Virus record (IMG/VR): IMGVR_UViG_3300045988_174509
DNA length: 64,000 nucleotides
Source: a virus
Direction: 5' to 3' (one strand)
A model generated the notes under the pieces. It saw only the letters and a list, made by a program, of their open reading frames with translations, was not told where the DNA came from and searched no databases. The number at the start of each line of letters is the position of its first letter. Position 1 is the first letter of the stretch. A program made the position numbers and the translations under genes. Positions 8,299 through 16,675 of the stretch are shown here, in pieces.

Positions 8299-9003
8299 AT
8301 GAAAACAAATATCCCGCATTACTGCATTGTAGTGGCCACGGTCAACCAGGACGGCCTTTTCCCGGACAAGACTCCGACTCTTTTTCATTATACACTGAAC
8401 TACCTGAAGAATGTCGGTGTGAAAAAAGAGGACATCCTGGTTCTTGGAGACGATGTTTCCTGCATTGCCTACGCGTCCTCCCTGGGACTTGCCTGCTCTC
8501 AGGTGGAATCCAAAGACATTATCAAGAAGTGTATTGAATCCGCGAGTCAGAGACTCAAGGAATCAGGGAATCCCTTTTCCCTGGTCCTTCTTCAACTTGA
8601 CAATCCTGCCCGGGAGCACGATCTGCTGGAGCAGGTCATCATTACCTCCAAGGCCAAGCCGGAGCAGGATATTGAGGTAGCCCATAAAAATCTTTATTCC
8701 GACGGCGAGCATGCTGATTGGAGGGCCCGTACGAGCGTGTCCCTGTACGCTGTCTGGTACACTCAGGACCTGGATGAATACTACAAAACTCAAGACGAAA
8801 TCATTGGCTTCCCAGCTCCTGCTTATTATGTATTTCAAAATACGTTTTGCGGAAGCTCCTACGTCCAGTCCGAGTACCATTTCAACAAGGCAGTGACGGA
8901 TACGATTGTGGAAGAAGCCTACAAAATGTCCGTCGTCACCGCCCTGGGGGATGAAAAGTATCCCCGAGTTGTTTTGATTGACACGGTTGAAAAATCCAAC
9001 TAA
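8299..9003 (+). CDS. Hypothetical protein, possible nucleotide-sugar transferase fold
   Basis: N-terminal CIVVATVNQDG..L pattern is reminiscent of the GT-A N-terminus (VIIPtYNe). Confidence 0.3.
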   Translation: MKTNIPHYCIVVATVNQDGLFPDKTPTLFHYTLNYLKNVGVKKEDILVLGDDVSCIAYASSLGLACSQVESKDIIKKCIESASQRLKESGNPFSLVLLQLDNPAREHDLLEQVIITSKAKPEQDIEVAHKNLYSDGEHADWRARTSVSLYAVWYTQDLDEYYKTQDEIIGFPAPAYYVFQNTFCGSSYVQSEYHFNKAVTDTIVEEAYKMSVVTALGDEKYPRVVLIDTVEKSN

Positions 9004-9011
9004 GCTCTCTT

Positions 9012-9536
9012 ATGCTTTTTCCTGTATCGCTATCAAATTTAACCTGGGACTGCAAGCAGAACGGGTGGGTGGATTCCGGTTTGGTTTCCAGCTACGCCCA
9101 GCAGTATCCCGAAGTTCCTTTCCCCACAGCGGTTTCTTCCCTCCCCCCGGTTGTTGTTGATCCCATGTCTTCCAACCTTCTGGGGTTGACGGTATATAAT
9201 CCGGATTTTGTATTCAATGACTTGGGGAAGAGTGTCTCCATTACTGCGGGAACCTACAAGCTCAATTCATTAGGGGTTCGGGGAGAAAAGCTTGCCGTGG
9301 CTCCCGGAATCACGGCGGCAGGGACTCTGGGTCAAGGGAACACCTTGAGCACAGTCTATAAGAACGTGGACATTTCTTCCGCGTTCTTCATGCGGGACTC
9401 CTCTTCCGTCAATCCGGGTCCGGGCACTACCCGGGATTTATCCCTGTATATCAGGCTTACTGAAAACTCTTCCGGCCAGCGCGTGCTGGAACTTCCACCC
9501 CTGATCTGCCGAGTTCTTTTTTCTGCCGAATTTTAA
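9012..9536 (+). CDS. Hypothetical beta-rich protein (174 aa)
   Basis: ORF with S/T/G-rich composition. Confidence 0.4.
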   Translation: MLFPVSLSNLTWDCKQNGWVDSGLVSSYAQQYPEVPFPTAVSSLPPVVVDPMSSNLLGLTVYNPDFVFNDLGKSVSITAGTYKLNSLGVRGEKLAVAPGITAAGTLGQGNTLSTVYKNVDISSAFFMRDSSSVNPGPGTTRDLSLYIRLTENSSGQRVLELPPLICRVLFSAEF

Positions 9537-9541
9537 AAACA

Positions 9542-9916
9542 ATGAATACATTAAATCTGATTGCACTATTGAGACCTTATGAAGTCTGCAAGCAATGCCA
9601 TTATCAAACTAAACGAGGCTTCCGTCATGGGCAATATGATGTTCTTGCCAAAGTTGTTCGTAAATATGGGGATGCTTTTATTGAGACCTTTATGTATTAT
9701 GAAGGAAAAACTGGGCTGGTTCCTCGTGATGTTCCCACACCTTTTCTCTATGGACAGGATGATGCCCAGGCGTGGAAAATAGCAGATGAATCTATTTCTG
9801 TAATGTACAATACAATGGCTAAGATAGCCAAAGGAAAGATTGACCTGGAAAAGCTGGTGCAGGATTTCATTCAGGAAGCCCATCAGATTCTAGCTCTCAT
9901 CAAAGAATACGAATAA
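9542..9916 (+). CDS. Hypothetical protein (124 aa)
   Basis: ORF. Confidence 0.4.
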   Translation: MNTLNLIALLRPYEVCKQCHYQTKRGFRHGQYDVLAKVVRKYGDAFIETFMYYEGKTGLVPRDVPTPFLYGQDDAQAWKIADESISVMYNTMAKIAKGKIDLEKLVQDFIQEAHQILALIKEYE

Positions 9917-9920
9917 AGCC

Positions 9921-10379
9921 ATGCCACTCGCCTATCAAGAACCTCATTTCTTTTTGTGCCTGGATGAAGTTTCTCGTCATAAGAAAATTCTCCAGAATGT
10001 TTTCCCGTTCTTGGAAAAAACTTTAAAAGAATGTCCAGACCTTCAATGGGGACAGATTGCATTTTGCAGGACCACGAAAATTCTTCCCTTCAGCAGTGCC
10101 ATCGAAGCCATGCGCATAGGCGGGGCGGCCCGCTTCGTAGCCAAGGATGGCACTGCTACTCCCTGGCATGTGCTGGTGGTTACGCCGTATGATGAAACAG
10201 ACCCGGAGTTGGGGATGGAATTTTCTTTTCACCATTTGGTCCCCCAGCTTCACCCTACCGAAGATTCTACCCAGATTATGGGAGTCCCCTATGTTTTAGA
10301 GGAGTCCCCCGTAACTATCCCAACCGACCTGATTGCTGGCTTTGGCTGGCAAGTATGGCTACCAAAAAATGAAAAGTAA
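9921..10379 (+). CDS. Hypothetical protein (152 aa)
   Basis: ORF. Confidence 0.4.
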   Translation: MPLAYQEPHFFLCLDEVSRHKKILQNVFPFLEKTLKECPDLQWGQIAFCRTTKILPFSSAIEAMRIGGAARFVAKDGTATPWHVLVVTPYDETDPELGMEFSFHHLVPQLHPTEDSTQIMGVPYVLEESPVTIPTDLIAGFGWQVWLPKNEK

Positions 10380-11085
10380 AATTATTGAAATACAACGACT
10401 TGTAGGAGTAACGCCTGACGGTGTTATTGGAGACAAAACTCTGAACGCTATTCTGGAAAAATTGCGCCCGGCCAGCTCTCAGGGAGAAACAGCCCCTGAT
10501 CAGGTGCGTTTCGACATGATGGCAACAATGTTGAACTTTGAGGATGACCGGATTACCGGGCCAGCTTCCCTCCGAGTGATGCGCTTGCCGGAAGGTGACG
10601 GAGGCGGGACCTACGAGATTGCTGGAATCTGTGATGGCATTGAGCCCAAGGTATTTAATTCCATCAAGGTTGAATTGGAAGCCGGGAACCGGGACAAAGC
10701 CTGGGACATGTGCATTGACTACGTGGAAAAGAAAACCCGAAACGGCCAAGTCTGGTCCCCAGAAAACCTCGCTATTGAATTCTTCTTGCGGGACATCATC
10801 TTCAATATGGGTGATGGCGGGTGCGTCAACGTGATGCAGAGGACTATCAATTATTATGGAGAGACCAAAGTAGTTGTGGACGGAGCCTGGGGGCCTAAAA
10901 CCAAGAAGGCTTGGGAAGAGCTTCTTTCTATTATCGTTCCTGTTAATCTTCTTTTGGCTCTTGCGCGATGCCGAGACCAACGCTACAAGGCTATCGCTAC
11001 TGCGAATTCCAAGAAGGAGAAATTCCTAGCTGGCTGGTATTCCCGTACTTTAAAAGCAAAAACTTACGCAAAGAAGCTACTGTAG
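10369..11085 (+). CDS. Endolysin-like: PG_binding_1 domain plus GH108-like/PG_binding_3 module
   Basis: IEIQRLVGVTPDGVIGDKTLNAI fits PG_binding_1 and EGDGGGTYEIAGI is GH108-like. NMGDGGCVNVMQRTINYYG..VDGAWGPKTKKAW....GWYSRT fits PG_binding_3. ATG at 10369 preferred over the TTG at 10333. Confidence 0.6.
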   Translation: MKSKIIEIQRLVGVTPDGVIGDKTLNAILEKLRPASSQGETAPDQVRFDMMATMLNFEDDRITGPASLRVMRLPEGDGGGTYEIAGICDGIEPKVFNSIKVELEAGNRDKAWDMCIDYVEKKTRNGQVWSPENLAIEFFLRDIIFNMGDGGCVNVMQRTINYYGETKVVVDGAWGPKTKKAWEELLSIIVPVNLLLALARCRDQRYKAIATANSKKEKFLAGWYSRTLKAKTYAKKLL

Positions 11086-11087
11086 GA

Positions 11088-11116
11088 TTGACAGAACTTT
11101 TGTGTTGTGATAGTAT
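11088..11116 (+). promoter_or_regulatory. sigma70-type promoter
   Basis: -35 TTGACA at 11088-11093, a 17-nt spacer, then -10 TAGTAT at 11111-11116. Confidence 0.55.
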
Positions 11117-11183
11117 CGCCACCAGAAGGGGCTAGGGGTTTATCTCCTAGCCCTTCCTCTTTCATGCGAGATACGTTAAACCT

Positions 11184-11543
11184 ATGTTCTTTTCTTCTTT
11201 CAACATTGCCTCAATCCTGGCTAGTGTCTACGGCTGTCTCGCAGTGGTGGATTGGACACGAGCTGTGGACCGCATCATTGACGAGATGTCCCCGGCCTAT
11301 CTCTTCGTCGTGCTTTTGATTGGCACCGGAGCTCGATTGGCCTATAGATATTTTGTCAAGAAAATTGATAGCATGGCTGACAAGGATGAGGCTTTTTTGA
11401 CGATCATTCAGGACTCTCTGAGCACCATTTCCCAGTTGGAGGATATGTTCAAATCCATCAATAAAAAACTTGACAAGTTGCTCAGGGAATTGGAAACTGG
11501 AAAGGAACGGAAGAACTCAGATAAAGATGATACTAGCAATTAA
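11184..11543 (+). CDS. Holin/spanin-like membrane protein (2 TM helices plus C-terminal coiled coil)
   Basis: Own sigma70 promoter at 11088-11116. Hydrophobic helices ASILASVYGCLAVV and YLFVVLLIGTGA, then a charged coiled coil. Lies immediately after the endolysin. Confidence 0.45.
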   Translation: MFFSSFNIASILASVYGCLAVVDWTRAVDRIIDEMSPAYLFVVLLIGTGARLAYRYFVKKIDSMADKDEAFLTIIQDSLSTISQLEDMFKSINKKLDKLLRELETGKERKNSDKDDTSN

Positions 11544-11982
11544 AGGAAGAAATAACGCGCTCAGGGCCAAGGCTACGAGCCTTCTCACCATGATGAAGGA
11601 GGCTCAGGAGCGGCTTAAAAATGTGTATAACTTCTACACTGAAATTCCTTTGTGGTCTCATGAGCCCCTTGAAAAACTCCCGCTCCATGAATGGTTTTAT
11701 GTGCTGGATGGGAAGGTTGGAATTTATTTTCTGGGCAATACTGTATATAGTACAATATGTCTTCTCCGTGCCGACGGGGATTTGCCTGAGAATTCCGATG
11801 CTTCCCGTTCACGGACAGTTCAAGTTTGCCAGGGCTATGTAGTAGATAAATCCACAGGCCAGAAATATTTCTACGGCGAAAGCTTTGGAGCGCGCCCGAA
11901 TGAATCCCTGTCCCTCTCCGTTCATGGGCTGGTTAAAATCTTCTGGGTTCCTTCTCTTCCGATTCAATCTTCTCTCAAATAA
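11527..11982 (+). CDS. Hypothetical protein (151 aa from the ATG at 11527)
   Basis: The track start at 11470 is a TTG overlapping the previous gene; the ATG at 11527 is in the same frame. Confidence 0.4.
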   Translation: MILAIKGRNNALRAKATSLLTMMKEAQERLKNVYNFYTEIPLWSHEPLEKLPLHEWFYVLDGKVGIYFLGNTVYSTICLLRADGDLPENSDASRSRTVQVCQGYVVDKSTGQKYFYGESFGARPNESLSLSVHGLVKIFWVPSLPIQSSLK

Positions 11983-11988
11983 TCCTTC

Positions 11989-14505
11989 ATGGCTTTTAAC
12001 TTCAATTCTCCGGCAGTTAATTTCGGAGGTTCCAGCATGCCCATCGGGCAGAGCTTGAACTCCGACAGACCTTTTGATCCGGACGTTCTTCTGGGGGTTC
12101 ATCCGGTACTGAACTGGGCAACCCCGATTGTGCGCAATGTCATGTTCTACATTGACCGCAGGCTCAAAGGAAACCATGAGCTGGACCAGTTTCCTATTGG
12201 TTCTCCCTGCAAATTCATTACGGGAACCCTGGTAACTGATGCCATGAAAGAGGCGGTGCTTACCCACATTGAACCCCTGCCTCAGTACGCCAAGGACAAC
12301 GTGTATCGGTTTTTCTATGTCGTGCCTCCCACGCTTCAGCACCTGTACAACATCCAGGACATGAAGAAGAATACGGACGGCTACACGCTGGAAAGCACCA
12401 AGGGTACCGGGAGGATGAATGAGCCTCCCAGTCCACCCGAGGACCGATTCAAGCAGTTCTACGAGATTCAACGGGTGTTTGTGTACCTGCGGGAGCGCGG
12501 GTATGCGCCCGCGGAAATCGGAAGCTTTGACCCCAGCAACGAGGACGTAACACCCGTGTTTGCAGAGGACCATGCTTACACTGGCTATGATGCCCAGCTT
12601 GTCAATGAGGAGGTAGTCCCCTTTGAGGAGGACTACATGAACAAGGTTTTTGTGCGGGTCATCCGGATTTACAAGACTCTCCCCGGCCCAGTAATCAAGG
12701 AGCTTCTTACCTATAATTCCTACGTCAACGGCCAGACTGTCTGGATTCAGGGAGCCCCGGATTCCGGGATTCAGGGAATCGCTGAAGTAGGGCAACGCTG
12801 GAGCCGTGAAGTGTGGGGGTTCCCCACCCCGACTGGGACTTCTAATACCTCGGCCGAAATTCCTACAATGCCCAAGGAGGCTCTTGAGGCTACGAGAATA
12901 AACAAAGGCTGGGACAAGGGGAGCTTTCCCTGCTTGCAGATGTACGTCATTACATCCATGTACAAGTCCAACAGCAATATCCCTCTGGATGAAAAAACGG
13001 ACAGCCTGTCCGGGAATTGCTGTAACCCGCCCCCGGCTTTTGTCCGGTGCGTCAATACCTCAACCACCAGAAGCGAGACTATTGACTGGTCTTCTTCCAG
13101 CACCCTCCCCCCGCTCAACCCCCCAGACCCCAGTGAAAACTGTAGCCAATGGCGCGTGGATGCGAGCGTCGTCGTGCGTGAAGGATACTCTCATAAGGAA
13201 ACGCGCAAAACTTGCACGACTTATGACATGGTAGAACACTACTTTGAGACTGAGATTGACAGCAAGACCGGGAATGAGATTGTGGTTCAATACACCCGGA
13301 TTGACAATCCTGCCCAGGACCCGGAAGGACCGGAATGGGTTGAAGTGACCGATAGCATTACCGGAGTTAAAACCTGGGTGCGGGATAATACGGCGAGTAC
13401 TAAAACAGACATTATGAATTGCGAGTCCCCGGAACTTATCCCGGGACTAGATGATAGGCGTTTTTTTGTTTTTGCCTGGGGGGACGACTCCCTTCTCACC
13501 CGGATTCAAACTACAGACCCCAAGTTCTACTCCAAAGGTTCTTGCAGGATTACTTCCGTCACACTCTACCTTGAGGACCCCAATTGGATTACAAGCTCTC
13601 CCGACAACATTGTCCGTCTATCCATGTTTATTTACAGGGCGGATGGAACCTTTCTTAGAAATTTTACTAGCAGTGAGGTAACTGTAGCCGAGAATGGTTA
13701 TGTCTCTTTTAATGGGCCTGCTAGCGGCTTTGAAGTAAATCCGGGAGAGCGAGTCTGTTTCTGTCTAATAGGGAGTACCTCGCAGGGCAGTACCAAAATC
13801 AGTAAGGGGCTTTGTGGTATTAACGGGAACCCTAATTCAGGCTGGTGTGATAGTGCCAAAGGGGCTCCAGACTATCCCAATTCTACTACAGCCCCCTACA
13901 TTTTTTTTAGAGTAACAAGCACCCTGTCGGAAACTCCAATTCCAACGGGCTACTTGAAATACAGGAAGTGGATCAATCCGTGCCATGCGGTAGAGATTCT
14001 TCGCCCGGTTCCCGGGCTTGGCTGGTACAAGAAATATACTACGGTTCAAAACTATTCCTTCCCGCCCATCCTGGGTAACTTCGGCTGGCAGGGATGGGAC
14101 ACGCGGCCAGACATTTCCGGGCGAGTGGGTGGACGCTACTTCCCCCAGATTTTCATGAACAAGGACGGCTACTCCGGCCCGTGCCAAGCACTCGTTGAGG
14201 AAATATTCTCACCTGACGGGACACTGCCCTCGGGCTGGAATTTGGGTGTGGACGTGCAATATGTGACAGCCTCCGCCTCTATCTCTACTCCCTTGGTCTC
14301 TTTCAACCTTCCTGCCTGCCTGCATACGTCCATAAACATTGTTGTCACGATCGGCACCAATGATGGCGTATGGCAATCGGGAAGTACTTCTTACAACCTT
14401 CCGGCTACCAAGCATACCACTTGGAAGAACGTAACGATGGTGCATGTCTTCCCATACCAGAAAGGGGCTTACATACGCAAGACAATCATCTACCCGCCCT
14501 CGTAA
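11989..14505 (+). CDS. Large virion protein, candidate tail fibre/receptor-binding protein (838 aa)
   Basis: S/T/N/G/W/C-rich and beta-rich; heads the structural block. Confidence 0.4.
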   Translation: MAFNFNSPAVNFGGSSMPIGQSLNSDRPFDPDVLLGVHPVLNWATPIVRNVMFYIDRRLKGNHELDQFPIGSPCKFITGTLVTDAMKEAVLTHIEPLPQYAKDNVYRFFYVVPPTLQHLYNIQDMKKNTDGYTLESTKGTGRMNEPPSPPEDRFKQFYEIQRVFVYLRERGYAPAEIGSFDPSNEDVTPVFAEDHAYTGYDAQLVNEEVVPFEEDYMNKVFVRVIRIYKTLPGPVIKELLTYNSYVNGQTVWIQGAPDSGIQGIAEVGQRWSREVWGFPTPTGTSNTSAEIPTMPKEALEATRINKGWDKGSFPCLQMYVITSMYKSNSNIPLDEKTDSLSGNCCNPPPAFVRCVNTSTTRSETIDWSSSSTLPPLNPPDPSENCSQWRVDASVVVREGYSHKETRKTCTTYDMVEHYFETEIDSKTGNEIVVQYTRIDNPAQDPEGPEWVEVTDSITGVKTWVRDNTASTKTDIMNCESPELIPGLDDRRFFVFAWGDDSLLTRIQTTDPKFYSKGSCRITSVTLYLEDPNWITSSPDNIVRLSMFIYRADGTFLRNFTSSEVTVAENGYVSFNGPASGFEVNPGERVCFCLIGSTSQGSTKISKGLCGINGNPNSGWCDSAKGAPDYPNSTTAPYIFFRVTSTLSETPIPTGYLKYRKWINPCHAVEILRPVPGLGWYKKYTTVQNYSFPPILGNFGWQGWDTRPDISGRVGGRYFPQIFMNKDGYSGPCQALVEEIFSPDGTLPSGWNLGVDVQYVTASASISTPLVSFNLPACLHTSINIVVTIGTNDGVWQSGSTSYNLPATKHTTWKNVTMVHVFPYQKGAYIRKTIIYPPS

Positions 14506-14553
14506 TTTCCAAGATTTATTTCCATATAATAATTTACTAATACTAAAGCTTTT

Positions 14554-15303
14554 ATGACTTTTACCACAACACCTTACCTGATCTACGGAAATCTCCGTGA
14601 CGAGCTCTCCATGCTCATCATGGGCAGGCCGCCCAAGGACAACGAGCCGGAGTTCCGACGTATCCTGAAAGAGGCCATATCCCAGCTGTTGAATGAAGCC
14701 GCCGCGTCCCCTGATTCTTTGACCGCATTGCAGTACAATGACCTGGACATTGGTGCCGTCATTTCCCTGCCGCCCCAGTATGGAAGCATCATTGACGCGT
14801 GGGCCGGAAACACCAGCAGGAAATACACCATCATTGACGCCCGGACTTTTGAAACCCTGTACCCCCGATCCCTGGATGCCACGACATACCAATTCCAGGC
14901 CCAGCCCCTTATGATTGATCTTGGCCTGAACCAGGAATCCGGGAGCCGGGAATACAAGGTAATCAGCGGGAATGGAAACCTTCCGCCCCAGGGCTCTCTT
15001 TCTCCCAAGATCACTGTGCAATGCCGGGTCAACCTTCGTCCGATCTATCAGAATATTTACGACGATGCGTCATGGCCGGACACGCTCCGCATTTATCCGG
15101 ATTGCCAGCCCGCTATCAAGGAGATGATGCTCTCCATTGTCTATGGGGAGACCGGGAATACGAACGCCCAGATTGACAAGTACACGCTGGCCGTCAAATA
15201 TCTCAATGACTACCTGCGCCGCTACAGGCAGGGCACCTTTACGGCTCCTAACTTCATTCATCAGGGCGGACTGAACATTGCCCCCAATCCGAACATTCTT
15301 TAA
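14554..15303 (+). CDS. Hypothetical structural protein (249 aa)
   Basis: ORF in the structural block. Confidence 0.4.
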   Translation: MTFTTTPYLIYGNLRDELSMLIMGRPPKDNEPEFRRILKEAISQLLNEAAASPDSLTALQYNDLDIGAVISLPPQYGSIIDAWAGNTSRKYTIIDARTFETLYPRSLDATTYQFQAQPLMIDLGLNQESGSREYKVISGNGNLPPQGSLSPKITVQCRVNLRPIYQNIYDDASWPDTLRIYPDCQPAIKEMMLSIVYGETGNTNAQIDKYTLAVKYLNDYLRRYRQGTFTAPNFIHQGGLNIAPNPNIL

Positions 15304-15306
15304 TAC

Positions 15307-16569
15307 ATGGCACAAAAACCTATTGACAAAGCAAGGAACCAGGGAACCGAGCGGGGGACAGCCCAGCAGAAAGTCCTGGATGAATTGAACACGGGGACCC
15401 CGGCGGGGATTCCCCAGCGCGTGGCCACCAATACTGACCCGACCAAGCCCGTTACCCCCCAGCAACTGGAACCGATTGCGGCGGCCAACAGCAATGAAGC
15501 CGTGAAGCCCCTGAACCAGGGAGCCCCAGCTACCCCCGCCAGCCAGCCCCAGGGCCTGCCCAACATTGCCGCAGGGAGGGTTGCTGATGGAGTAGTAGCC
15601 GCAACCTTCGATACGGCTGTAGCTCCTAATCCGGCAGAGATGACGAGAAGCGAGCTTGACGCCTACCGCCAGCAAAGAGGATTGACTCCCGAGCAGAAGA
15701 AGGAAGCGGATGCCATCGCCTTTAAATGGATGGAAGGAAGCATGCCCCAGCAGAAGGGGCAGTTCCCCGGAGCCGTGGACCCGAACAGCGCGCAGTACGC
15801 CCAGAACCAGCAGAGCACCTATCAAGCTCTTACCCAGCGGGCCGCAACCCAGGGGCTGACCACCTCGGAAAAAGCCAGCATGCTTGGGGGAGACTTTGCC
15901 TACAGGATCAGCCAGGGTACCCCCGGAATGCCTGGAGCAGTAGCTCCTGGGGCGTCTATCGCCTCCCGGCTGGCGGCCAGCTCTGCGGGTGCGGGGACCA
16001 AGGCGGCCACGGCCCTGGATACTCAGTTTCAAGAATACCTGGGGAACAACCTGGAAAAATTCAACCAGCTACCAGCGGAGAAACAGCAGGCTCTCAAATC
16101 CGCCTGGATGAAATCCGCAACCCAAGCCGGACTCCTGAATCAGGGAGCCCCGGATTCGGCTCCAGCCGTCGGTGGTTCCGGGCTTCAGGGACTCCCGGGA
16201 TCAGGGGCTCCTGCTCCGGCCAAAACCGTAAGTGGCGCGGCGGCGCGAGATGAGCAAATGCTGAAGCTTGCCCAGGATACCACAGCCTCCCCTCAAGCCA
16301 GGGAGCAGGCGGCGGCCTACGTCAATGTGAAGAGAATGTACGCCAATCCCAAATTCGCTGACGAAAGGAAAGCCTTCCAGCAAGCTGAACGGAACTGGGT
16401 TAAATCGGAAGCCAACTTCTTTAAAAATCATTTGAACAGGAAAGACCCCCGCTACAAGGATCGCTACCGGGACTACAAGAACTTCCAGAAGGGAGATGCC
16501 CGCACCAAGCTGATGGTCTATACCGAACTGCTGAAGCATCCGCGCTTCGCTTCTCTCGGGTACAAATAA
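15307..16569 (+). CDS. Q/A/P/G-rich low-complexity protein, candidate internal virion protein
   Basis: Composition; followed by a terminator at 16592-16628. Confidence 0.4.
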   Translation: MAQKPIDKARNQGTERGTAQQKVLDELNTGTPAGIPQRVATNTDPTKPVTPQQLEPIAAANSNEAVKPLNQGAPATPASQPQGLPNIAAGRVADGVVAATFDTAVAPNPAEMTRSELDAYRQQRGLTPEQKKEADAIAFKWMEGSMPQQKGQFPGAVDPNSAQYAQNQQSTYQALTQRAATQGLTTSEKASMLGGDFAYRISQGTPGMPGAVAPGASIASRLAASSAGAGTKAATALDTQFQEYLGNNLEKFNQLPAEKQQALKSAWMKSATQAGLLNQGAPDSAPAVGGSGLQGLPGSGAPAPAKTVSGAAARDEQMLKLAQDTTASPQAREQAAAYVNVKRMYANPKFADERKAFQQAERNWVKSEANFFKNHLNRKDPRYKDRYRDYKNFQKGDARTKLMVYTELLKHPRFASLGYK

Positions 16570-16591
16570 AAAAGCTTGAGAATTTACTCTT

Positions 16592-16628
16592 GCCTACCAT
16601 GCCTCGGTGTGGTAGGCTTTCTTGTATT
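16592..16628 (+). terminator. Intrinsic terminator
   Basis: Stem gcctacca/tggtaggc plus tttcttgtatt. Confidence 0.5.
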
Positions 16629-16675
16629 CGGAGCGCAACACAGCTCCAACCTGTTTACATACCTCATATTACATT

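Noticed and set aside
11989-14505. 838-aa protein as a single-subunit (T7-like) RNA polymerase because of its length
   Set aside because: It has no YG-containing motif B and no catalytic Asp motifs. The Cys/Trp/Ser-rich composition is fibre-like.
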